From: Candidatus Micrarchaeota archaeon
GTDB taxonomy: Archaea > Micrarchaeota > Micrarchaeia > Anstonellales > JAGGVH01
Direction: 5' to 3'
Length of the DNA stretch: 64,000 nucleotides
NCBI GenBank assembly: GCA_021158105.1
Contig: JAGGVH010000038.1
Location: 11,387-75,386 of the forward strand
The translations under genes and the position numbers were made by a program. The notes under the pieces were generated by a model. The model had not been told where the DNA came from. It saw nothing but the letters and a program-made list of their open reading frames with translations, and did no database searches. Shown here in pieces: positions 1 to 8,538 of the stretch. Position 1 is the first letter of the stretch. Every line of letters begins with the position of its first letter.

Positions 1-1
1 T

Positions 2-493
2 ATCAACGACCCATTAAAATATGTTAAAGATGTTATTAATTCACTGGACATAAACAATAAAACAGTCCTTGATACGTGCATGGGATTGGGATACACTGCA
101 ATAGAAGCTTCAAAAAAAACCAAATCCGTGACAACATGTGAAAAATATAAAAGTGTCTATAATATTGCAAAGGTTAACCCGTGGTCAGAAGAACTTTTTA
201 AAAACAAAAATATTAATGCGATCAATAAAGATGTTATTGAATACCTAAAAAATAATAAAAAATTTGACATTATCATTCATGACCCTCCAACTATAAAATT
301 TTCACCAGAATTGTATTCAAAGGATTTTTATGAATTAGTGAACAATGCATCCCATCCCAAAACAAAGATGTACCATTACTTCGGCGACTTAACAAAAAAA
401 CAAAACATGAATGCATTTGAACACGCAAAAAAAACATTAAACTGGAAAGTCATCAAACAAGGAAGCATGGGAGCAATATTCTTAAATTCTTAA
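2..493 (+). CDS. SAM-dependent methyltransferase, archaeal COG2521-like (5' partial)
   Basis: Frame open from the window start. Motif I VLDTCMGLGYTA and FDIIIHDPP...ELYS are typical of this family. Confidence 0.75.
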   Translation: MNDPLKYVKDVINSLDINNKTVLDTCMGLGYTAIEASKKTKSVTTCEKYKSVYNIAKVNPWSEELFKNKNINAINKDVIEYLKNNKKFDIIIHDPPTIKFSPELYSKDFYELVNNASHPKTKMYHYFGDLTKKQNMNAFEHAKKTLNWKVIKQGSMGAIFLNS

Positions 494-495
494 AC

Positions 496-1302
496 TTAGA
501 ACAACTGAGTAGGCAATACCTTTTTAGCTTCATACAGTTGCCGGTCAATCTTTTCAATAAACCTATAATAATTCTTATCCACACCTATCCTAAACTTTGT
601 TCCCACAACAGGTTCAAACTCATATTTCATACAGATGTCTAACAGTTTTCCGATGTAATAATCATTATTCTGTGGTGTGAACACTTCTATGTGTTGTATG
701 CCCATATCCCTAAGTTCTAATAGCATAGATCCATTAAATATTTCTTTGTTTGGGATTATGATAATCATGTTCTGCAACTCAGCAATCTTGTCAATGGTCA
801 AAAGTGAAGATTTTAGTATACTGATGTACCTATGCTTAATCTGGCGTGCAAGTGAACGCAACTGTTGCTTGCTAAGTTCAGGGTTGACCATCTTTGCAAT
901 CATATAAAAATTAGGGTTTTTGTCATAATATATAGAACGAAATATGTGATATTCCTCCTTGTTTGAAAACTCTTTTGGCAATGTTGCAAGCAGATATTTT
1001 AAAGCTGTCAACCTCTGAATATGTAATAACTTCATTAGTTTATCAGCAAATTCTTCAGAAGGATAAACCAAAATATCAAACTCTTTACCTTTCCATAATA
1101 CCCACGTCCTTGCTCCATAAATTATGTTTGCACTTCTATTATTGATGTCTATCTTTGGTATAAGAGTATTGCCAACCATCCCTATCATTGGCAAATTAAA
1201 CCGATCAATAAATGCTTTAACCTCATGCTTCTTAGCATGAGATACTGAAACATGATAATCTCTTATTTTAAATTTGCACATCTTAACCACTCTCATATTC
1301 AA
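496..1302 (-). CDS. Degenerate PHP-fold protein, probable inactive paralog of the adjacent gene
   Basis: DYHVSV, MGIQHIEVFTP and VGTKFRIG align by eye with DFHIHT, MGVDAIEVLHP and MGSDFHG of 1299-2306. Metal ligands are replaced. 4-bp overlap with that gene. Confidence 0.5.
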   Translation of the reverse strand: MNMRVVKMCKFKIRDYHVSVSHAKKHEVKAFIDRFNLPMIGMVGNTLIPKIDINNRSANIIYGARTWVLWKGKEFDILVYPSEEFADKLMKLLHIQRLTALKYLLATLPKEFSNKEEYHIFRSIYYDKNPNFYMIAKMVNPELSKQQLRSLARQIKHRYISILKSSLLTIDKIAELQNMIIIIPNKEIFNGSMLLELRDMGIQHIEVFTPQNNDYYIGKLLDICMKYEFEPVVGTKFRIGVDKNYYRFIEKIDRQLYEAKKVLPTQLF

Positions 1303-2306
1303 CCTATAGCTTCAGCTCGTAAATCTTTTAAGCTCCTTATTATATTAACATATTCATTCTTGTTATTATCGTAATTACCATGAAAATCACTGCCCATTGT
1401 AACTCCAATGCTGTTTTCTTGTGCCAACTCATCCATAAACTTGACGTCCCATGGTCTGCCAAGCATTGAAGGATGTAAAACTTCAATCGCATCAACACCC
1501 ATCTCTGAAAACTGTGCAAATATTTCATATTCAAGTTTAATGTGTGATAATACGGGATGAGCGATTATAATCTTACCGCCTGCATTGTGCACTTTTTGGA
1601 TTAAATCTTCAAGTGGCCACCTCGCCATACCAACAACATGGTTAACCTTGCGTCTTAATACATAGAATAACTCACTTGCAACACCTTCTATGTCCAACGT
1701 CCTCTTTCCAGATCTATTGAATGTGTAAGGAATATGTTTAATCATTCTCAATACTTTATGCGCCTGTGTCCTCGCAATATGCCTTGCAATGTCCCCTATC
1801 AGCATATTAGATGTTTTTCCGGCAACATCAATCTTTCCAATGTTGACCCCATACTTTCTCAGTTCATACCTTAACGCATCAACAATATCTTTCCTTGCAT
1901 TGGCAAGCTTAATCAACCCCCTTATTACTCCTTCATCACTCGGTTCAAACCCCACTGCCAACACATGAGCCCAGTGTTCATTATAATCATTCTCAAGCAT
2001 ATAACTAACAGTGATTTCAACAGAAGGTGTTATTGAAACTCCATCAATATAATTCGTTGTGATCCATGATAACGTTTCATGGTTTGCAAAACCTACCACA
2101 TTGGGTGTGCCACTTAAAAACACCATATCAATAGCTTCTGCCAAGTTTAGATTACTGTCAGCAGAGACGTCTGTGTGTATATGAAAATCTGTATTCAATA
2201 TCTTAGGATTTCTCATACTTTCAACAATAGGTTTAAGATAATCTGTTTTCCTTCTCATTTTTTTCTTCTTTTTGCTTCCACCCACATAACATACACCATT
2301 TCTCAT
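1299..2306 (-). CDS. PHP-family metal-dependent phosphoesterase (YciV/TrpH-like)
   Basis: Motifs DFHIHT..SD, NHET, VEIT, HVLA, IIAHP, IEVLHP, GSDFHG. Confidence 0.85.
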   Translation of the reverse strand: MRNGVCYVGGSKKKKKMRRKTDYLKPIVESMRNPKILNTDFHIHTDVSADSNLNLAEAIDMVFLSGTPNVVGFANHETLSWITTNYIDGVSITPSVEITVSYMLENDYNEHWAHVLAVGFEPSDEGVIRGLIKLANARKDIVDALRYELRKYGVNIGKIDVAGKTSNMLIGDIARHIARTQAHKVLRMIKHIPYTFNRSGKRTLDIEGVASELFYVLRRKVNHVVGMARWPLEDLIQKVHNAGGKIIIAHPVLSHIKLEYEIFAQFSEMGVDAIEVLHPSMLGRPWDVKFMDELAQENSIGVTMGSDFHGNYDNNKNEYVNIIRSLKDLRAEAIG

Positions 2307-2473
2307 GTGTATATTTATGGTTTAAAGTGTTTATAAATATTGTGGTTGAACGTGGAAAAAATCAAAAGGTTCAAATATTGTTTTGAACTTAATAGAATCA
2401 TGACACTTAAAAAAACAAAAAAAAGATTGAAAACTAAATTCTCAAAAGTATTGCCCTTTTTTTAATACCGGTT

Positions 2474-2818
2474 ATGGTGCCACCATTGTTTGCTGAACAG
2501 GACAGCATAAAAAATAAGAAAAGATATTATAGGGGTATAGATTACATCATGGAAAATCAAAATGAAAAAGCTTTTGCAATTTCAGATTCGCTTGACAAAG
2601 AAATAAGGTTTGATTTCTTAAAATTATATTATGAAGTAACGTATGTTCAATACATTGAAGGCGACACGACCATTACTGAGATAGATAAAAAAATGTTGGA
2701 AAATATGCTGATATGTGCATGGAAAAGGAGTTATATGATAAAGCAAGAAAAGTGTACAGTTTTCTTGGTGATAAAAAAAGGAAAGAAAGTGTTTAAAAAA
2801 GATTATACAATACATTAA
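2474..2818 (+). CDS. Hypothetical protein (start may be 2549)
   Basis: ORF in an AT-rich tract, coupled to the next ORF by TAATG. No recognisable motif. Confidence 0.45.
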   Translation: MVPPLFAEQDSIKNKKRYYRGIDYIMENQNEKAFAISDSLDKEIRFDFLKLYYEVTYVQYIEGDTTITEIDKKMLENMLICAWKRSYMIKQEKCTVFLVIKKGKKVFKKDYTIH

Positions 2819-3075
2819 TGAAAAATCAGAAAATAGAAATGGTAAAAATAATGAGCCCAGTGGTTCAAGAATTAAAAAATAAAGAAAAGGAGTTCATTAA
2901 AGAAATTCAAAAACCCAAAATAATCAATCTGTCACCAGATAAAAAGATAAGGTTATACTTAAAAGAAGCGATAGATCATAATAAACCTGAAAAGATTCTT
3001 GGTGTATTAGATATTTATCAAAAAACATTGGACTTACAAAATATGTTACTAAAATATGTGCATTTTAGCAACTAA
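2818..3075 (+). CDS. Hypothetical protein
   Basis: 85-aa ORF with stop/start overlap with the previous ORF. Confidence 0.45.
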   Translation: MKNQKIEMVKIMSPVVQELKNKEKEFIKEIQKPKIINLSPDKKIRLYLKEAIDHNKPEKILGVLDIYQKTLDLQNMLLKYVHFSN

Positions 3076-3136
3076 ATTCACCAAAATGCATACATTTTAG
3101 GGGATTAATTAACCAAAATGTGGAAAAGTTTATAAA
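3049..3136. promoter_or_regulatory. Phased palindromic array (32-bp period) running into the TATA box of the AAA ATPase gene
   Basis: CTAAAATatgtgcATTTTAG at 3049, CCAAAATGcataCATTTTAG at 3081, and half-site CCAAAATG at 3113 followed by TTTATAAA (3129-3136). Confidence 0.6.
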
Positions 3137-3157
3137 TATTTGCATTTAGATAATATT

Positions 3158-4378
3158 ATGGAAAAACAAATTTTAGAATTTAATGAAATTGCAAAAAAAG
3201 AAGGGAAAAAATACCCAAAAAATAGATTTATTTATGCAGACATTAAAAAAAGATTAGGCAAAAAGATTTTCATAGGTATAATAGGTCCGAGAGGGGTTGG
3301 TAAAACAGTTTTACTTAAGCAGTTTAGTTCATTATTGGATGATTCATTTTACATTTCTTTAGATACAGTTGTCTTAGGAAGACCATTATTTGATGTTGCA
3401 AAAGAATTAGAAAAAAGAGGAATTAATTATTTACTATTAGATGAAGTGCACTTTCTACCAAATTTTGCGAGAGAAATTAAAAAAATTTATGATTTTTTAA
3501 GTATACAAGTAATATTTACTGGTTCTGTTTCAATTTCTCTTTATGATTCTGCATATGATTTGTCCAGAAGAGTTATGGTTTTTCATCTTTATCCTTTTTC
3601 TTTTAGTGAATTTTTATACTTTACTAAGAATATGTCTTTGAAACAAATTGGGCTTTCAGACTTCTTGGATTTAGGAAAATCAAAACAATATTATGGTAAG
3701 GTTATACAGTTTGAACATCTTTTTGATGAATATCTCAAAGGTAATTTATTTCCATTTACTTTAGGAAGCGGTCTTGAAAAATCACTTTTTTCCAATCTTT
3801 TGAATACAATACTCCGCAAGGATTTTATCGGAACTGGGGCAATCAAAACAAATGAACTGGAAGAAGTATGGAAAGTAATAAGATTTATAGGTCTTTCATC
3901 TGTTGATGGTATAAGTTATTCCTCAGTTTCTTCTAATACTGGAATAAATAAATATCGTGTTAAGAAATATATTGGTCTACTTGAGAAATCATTTATTTTA
4001 AATGTTATATGGCCAAGAGGTACAAATGTGACTAAAGAACCAAAGATACTAATGGAACTTCCTTTTCGTTTGTTATATAAAACATTTGACAGTTGTTTAG
4101 GTGAGATTAGAGAGGATTTTTTTGTAGAAGCATCAAAAATGAATGGTTTAAAAATTAATTATTTAAAATCAATACGTGGTGAGAAGGTCCCTGATTATTA
4201 TTTACCAGAAAAAGATATAATATTTGAAATTGGAGGTAAAGGCAAAACAACAAAACAATTTAAGGGTTTTCCCCTAAAAAGAAAATTAATTCTTACACAC
4301 CCAGGTAAAATAGGTGAAAATTACCGTCCCCTATTTATGTATGGGATGTTAGAAAATGAGATTAATAATTTAATATAA
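3158..4378 (+). CDS. AAA+ superfamily ATPase (AAA_14 plus DUF4143-like C-terminus)
   Basis: Walker A GPRGVGKT, Walker B LLLDEVH, FTGS, LYPFSFSEF, and a C-terminal PD-(D/E)xK-like PDY...IFEIG. ATG 3158 lies about 22 nt after a TATA box. Confidence 0.85.
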   Translation: MEKQILEFNEIAKKEGKKYPKNRFIYADIKKRLGKKIFIGIIGPRGVGKTVLLKQFSSLLDDSFYISLDTVVLGRPLFDVAKELEKRGINYLLLDEVHFLPNFAREIKKIYDFLSIQVIFTGSVSISLYDSAYDLSRRVMVFHLYPFSFSEFLYFTKNMSLKQIGLSDFLDLGKSKQYYGKVIQFEHLFDEYLKGNLFPFTLGSGLEKSLFSNLLNTILRKDFIGTGAIKTNELEEVWKVIRFIGLSSVDGISYSSVSSNTGINKYRVKKYIGLLEKSFILNVIWPRGTNVTKEPKILMELPFRLLYKTFDSCLGEIREDFFVEASKMNGLKINYLKSIRGEKVPDYYLPEKDIIFEIGGKGKTTKQFKGFPLKRKLILTHPGKIGENYRPLFMYGMLENEINNLI

Positions 4379-4381
4379 TAT

Positions 4382-4501
4382 TGAAGCGGAGAAGCTCCTT
4401 GCTCTAAAGAACGAGTATGCTTCATCCGTTCAATAGCTGTTAAATTCGGCTTCGGAATTCATCCAACAACTAAACCAGTTGGTTTTCTGCTGAATTTAAC
4501 A
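4382..4501. mobile_element. Probable IS200/IS605-end remnant (non-autonomous palindromic element)
   Basis: Two imperfect hairpins: TGAAGC...GCTTCA (4382-4424) and TGTTAAATTCGGC...GCTGAATTTAACA (4438-4501). The inner AATTCATCCAACAACTAAACCAGTTGGTTTTCT resembles IS200/IS605 subterminal palindromes. No transposase nearby. Confidence 0.4.
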
Positions 4502-4557
4502 TAAACTGCATTTCCTTTTTTTATCAAAGCGTGTAAAACTCACTTAAAAACTTTTAA

Positions 4558-6243
4558 TTATTCTACAAACATATCAATGGGCAACATATCACTGACTACT
4601 CCAAACCTGTTTAATGCCTTTTTAATTGTTGTTATCTCAATCTTTGTAAACGGTCTTTGTAACAGCCACGAGAATACATAAACCATCCCACCGAATAAAA
4701 CCAAAATCCCAAGCAATAATATCGTAACATACTTCACAGGTTGAATGATCACTGAACTGATATGTATAGTTGGAAGAGTTAAGGGAAATATTCTTAACAC
4801 CCATTCTGAAATTGACTCAACATTTGTAAAATATTGTACAAACAACAAGAACAATAACATCAACAGCCCCGATATAAATATTTTGTAAACGCCTCTTGAG
4901 AACCATACACCATAATATTTATGTGAATAATAAATGAACAGTGATTCTGACGAGATAAACGCAAACATTGTAGCGATCGCACCACCCAATAATCCATAGA
5001 CTGGTATAAGAATCACATTAAGAATAAAGTTAGGGATAATTATTCCAAGAGTAACATACATAAAAATCTTGGTTTTGCCCGCCGCCCATAACACACTCCT
5101 AAAAGGTGATGACAAAATCGTAACAAAAAATGTCGGACCCAATATATAAAACAACCAGTATGAGTCAACATACTGAGGAAATGCATACATTAAAATCTGT
5201 TTAGGAAATGTTAAGATTAAAAGCAAGATCGGCAGTGCAAAAAAGATATACCATTTTGTCCCATACTCTGCAATCTTCTTAAAAAGCTTCATATTTTTTT
5301 TACCATAATAATATGCCAACACAGAATTTAACATTCCTGTAAACATTGATGTTATGAACGAACCAATGTTTCTTGCGATCATCCCAACTGAATTATACAT
5401 TGCAACGAATTCTGGTTGCATAAAATAACCAATACACAATGTATCAATCTGTGTAGATATTGACCCAGCACTTGCAGTTATGTATATTGGAATGCCGTAT
5501 GAAAATAAATCAATATATTCTTTCATGCTTATCTTTTTCTTATCGTGCGCCATCTTTCCAATCATTTTAACATAATCATACAACACTACCAGTAGTCCGA
5601 TTATAAACATGGCAAATATACTTATGATATGTGCAAGCAATGCATAGTACGCAGTCTTAAACCCATGAAGTATAAAAAAGGTTAAAAGCAACAGTCGCAA
5701 GCCTGGTGAGATGAAACGCAACGCTGACGACATCACAAACCGTTGTTTTCCATTGATGAACGAAGTGACCACTGCAGACAGTATTGTTAAAAATGAACCG
5801 ATTGCGATCAGAATAATCAAACTGTTCAACTCCTCCTGGCCATACAATGCGACCAGCTGCCCCCTAAAATATAATATGCTTAATGCTATTGCTCCAGAGA
5901 AGATAAACGTTAATGCACCACCCTTTATCAGAAGGTCTTTTAATTTTCCATACTCTTTTCTTCCATAATAATATGCAGTAAACCTGTTGATTGTTGCAGG
6001 AAGACCGAGCGATAAGAATGCACCGATTATCCCAATAAAACTCAAACTTAGAAGGAACAGGCCGGCATCTTCTTTTGTTAAGAACCAGAAGATTAAAAAA
6101 TAAAACAATAACGTTAAAACCTTTGTCAATCCTGTTGATAATATCCCGCTAATACTACCTATACTGATACGTTTGGCAGCTTGTGCAGCTTCAGTTTTAT
6201 TTCCTATACTCTTTGTAATGTGCCTTTCATCCACCGGTTTCAT
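4558..6243 (-). CDS. MOP-superfamily flippase (Wzx/RfbX-like oligosaccharide transporter)
   Basis: About 14 hydrophobic segments, with LGLPATINRF, QIDTLCIGYF and NFILNVILIPVYGLLGGAIAT motifs. Confidence 0.85.
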   Translation of the reverse strand: MKPVDERHITKSIGNKTEAAQAAKRISIGSISGILSTGLTKVLTLLFYFLIFWFLTKEDAGLFLLSLSFIGIIGAFLSLGLPATINRFTAYYYGRKEYGKLKDLLIKGGALTFIFSGAIALSILYFRGQLVALYGQEELNSLIILIAIGSFLTILSAVVTSFINGKQRFVMSSALRFISPGLRLLLLTFFILHGFKTAYYALLAHIISIFAMFIIGLLVVLYDYVKMIGKMAHDKKKISMKEYIDLFSYGIPIYITASAGSISTQIDTLCIGYFMQPEFVAMYNSVGMIARNIGSFITSMFTGMLNSVLAYYYGKKNMKLFKKIAEYGTKWYIFFALPILLLILTFPKQILMYAFPQYVDSYWLFYILGPTFFVTILSSPFRSVLWAAGKTKIFMYVTLGIIIPNFILNVILIPVYGLLGGAIATMFAFISSESLFIYYSHKYYGVWFSRGVYKIFISGLLMLLFLLFVQYFTNVESISEWVLRIFPLTLPTIHISSVIIQPVKYVTILLLGILVLFGGMVYVFSWLLQRPFTKIEITTIKKALNRFGVVSDMLPIDMFVE

Positions 6244-6353
6244 AACAATAAAAAAGAAGTTAATGTTTTAAAATCCATTTGTTTTATGAAATACATTAAT
6301 AACAACCAATCTCCCCCAGAAGATTTTTAAATTCTTTCTTTGTTTGAATTATA

Positions 6354-7625
6354 ATGACAAATATAAAGTTTTATTTATTATTTATATTTTCTTTTTTTAT
6401 ACTGATAAACATCTCATCTGCAACCAGTGGGACAACAGTCAACATGTGGTTATACTATGCGATTACAGTCATAATCTCACTACTCCTTGCAGGAATTTAT
6501 TATGCATTGTCACAGGTTGCACAATCTCCACAGGTTGCTGCACAGGCAAAGAACGAGTTCAAATCAGTAATTGGCACAATTATATTAGGAATTATATTGT
6601 ACACTCTAATTTTCGGGACAGATATAACATCTAAAATCATTGGCGGCAGCAGTGATGCAACACTTTGGACTACTGTTCATAACAATGTAGGTTACCAATT
6701 TAACATCTTACAAAAAGGGTTCAGACAATTGCACAGAGGATATTATTTAATAGGCAAGATTGTAGGGTATTCGTACACTGCTACAATTTCATTGCCTTCA
6801 CTTGCAACAAAGTTTGAGTCTGGAATGCCGGGAATAGGATTGAGTACAATCTATGGTCAGTATGGCCAGATTTTCCAAACACTTTCACAAGGCATGCTGT
6901 TCATCATAGGAGAACTTGTCATAATAAAGTTTGCAATATTTGCAGTGCCACTGTTCATATTTCCATTAGGCCTAATCCTCAGATTATTTTCGCCAACACG
7001 AAGATGGGGGTCAACAGTGATTGCATTAGGTATTGGAATGTATTTCATATTACCGTTCAGTGCAGTATTTAACTCGTTGATATACAGGTCATTGGAGGGT
7101 GTTGAACCTGTTGACGGTGCAATTGATGAGATGAATCAGAACATAATGAGCGTTATGCCGATTGATAAACAACCACCGAACAGGTGGCTTATATGTTCAC
7201 CGGTTGTTGTGCCGTTTGCAGCACTCGGTCATTTAGGATTTAGAGCAGCGATAGTATGTGGCCCATTATGTACAATAGAACATGCTGCTGACTTAGGAGC
7301 AGGTTGGTTACCATGTTATATTGGATGCGTTTCTGGGGGAACACCAGAATCTGAATTTTCAGATTTTCTATACTACGTTGCACAACCCGGATATCAATGG
7401 GGATTATCGGGTCCATTAAAGAATTTTATATCAATAAGTGATGCACAGGTTGAACAAATTGGGAAATCAGTGGCGAATGTAATACTTCCAGTCATTTCAT
7501 ACCAATGGATGCTTGCAATGATGTTACCAGTTTTAAATTATATAATAACGATTGGGTTTATACGGTCATTGTCAACCGCTATAGGCGGTGAGGTGTACTT
7601 TTATGGGATTACAAAGATACTTTAA
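6354..7625 (+). CDS. Polytopic membrane protein A1 (VirB6/CedA-like paralog family)
   Basis: Signal-like N-terminus, AKNEF, FPLGLILRLFSPTRRWGSTVIA, and C-terminal LPVLN...AIGGE shared with 11 other ORFs. Confidence 0.7.
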   Translation: MTNIKFYLLFIFSFFILINISSATSGTTVNMWLYYAITVIISLLLAGIYYALSQVAQSPQVAAQAKNEFKSVIGTIILGIILYTLIFGTDITSKIIGGSSDATLWTTVHNNVGYQFNILQKGFRQLHRGYYLIGKIVGYSYTATISLPSLATKFESGMPGIGLSTIYGQYGQIFQTLSQGMLFIIGELVIIKFAIFAVPLFIFPLGLILRLFSPTRRWGSTVIALGIGMYFILPFSAVFNSLIYRSLEGVEPVDGAIDEMNQNIMSVMPIDKQPPNRWLICSPVVVPFAALGHLGFRAAIVCGPLCTIEHAADLGAGWLPCYIGCVSGGTPESEFSDFLYYVAQPGYQWGLSGPLKNFISISDAQVEQIGKSVANVILPVISYQWMLAMMLPVLNYIITIGFIRSLSTAIGGEVYFYGITKIL

Positions 7626-8538
7626 GATCACATTACTTGTTGTCATTATGATGATAACAAATACGTTTGCATACAGTTTTAATGATATGAAATCAGACAC
7701 AATTTTATACATGGCGTTTGCAAGCATGCTTTTATTGGTTATACTTACAGGTGCATACATTATCGGAAAAGGATTAAACAATCCGCAACTCGTTGCATGG
7801 GTTAATGTTGAATGGGTGAATATAATCGTTTCAATACTCTTGGGATTGTTTGTTCTTGGGATGTTTTTAGGGATTAATCAGTTTGTTGTTGACAATTATG
7901 GTGATGACATTTACACCACATCATTCAATTATATTGACGGGCTGACTAACGAGGCGTTATCGTTTGCACAGACCGAAACCAAGAGAAGTTTGACTGACCA
8001 GTTTAAGACGACTGCATATGCATTCATCGGCACGCCGATGACTGAATCTGGCGGGTGCGGCAAGTCATACATGGCATATTTTATGGCATCTGCACAGCAC
8101 AGGGACATGGTTGTTGACCTGTTGACAACTGCAGGAATCAGTTTACAACTGCAGAAGTATGTGTTGTACGGTGGGATGTTGGTTGTGATGACGTTTGCCT
8201 TGCCCGTTGGTATAATGTTGCGCATGTTCCCAGGAATACGCAAACTTGGCAATTTCCTGATAGCTGTGGCGTTTGCAGTGGGCATAGTATTCCCGTTAAC
8301 TTATGTAGTCAACAGTGACATGCACAGGAACATATTCAGTTATTCTGGTGGGTCATGCCCTGTAACGACATTGGGAGCTGACGATGAAGTGTTTCCCAAT
8401 GATCCCGCGCATGGGTGTGTACTGTCAAGGATGGCACTGATATTTCCACAGGCGTTCTTTTTCCCGAACATTTCAATGATAATAACCGGTGCATTCGTAG
8501 CAGGACTTATGCAGGCATTGGAGGGGATTAAGGCATGA
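7603..8538 (+). CDS. Polytopic membrane protein A2 (same family)
   Basis: AWVNVEW and LPVGIMLRMFPGIRKLGNFLIA. SD GGTGAGGTG precedes ATG 7603. Confidence 0.7.
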   Translation: MGLQRYFKITLLVVIMMITNTFAYSFNDMKSDTILYMAFASMLLLVILTGAYIIGKGLNNPQLVAWVNVEWVNIIVSILLGLFVLGMFLGINQFVVDNYGDDIYTTSFNYIDGLTNEALSFAQTETKRSLTDQFKTTAYAFIGTPMTESGGCGKSYMAYFMASAQHRDMVVDLLTTAGISLQLQKYVLYGGMLVVMTFALPVGIMLRMFPGIRKLGNFLIAVAFAVGIVFPLTYVVNSDMHRNIFSYSGGSCPVTTLGADDEVFPNDPAHGCVLSRMALIFPQAFFFPNISMIITGAFVAGLMQALEGIKA

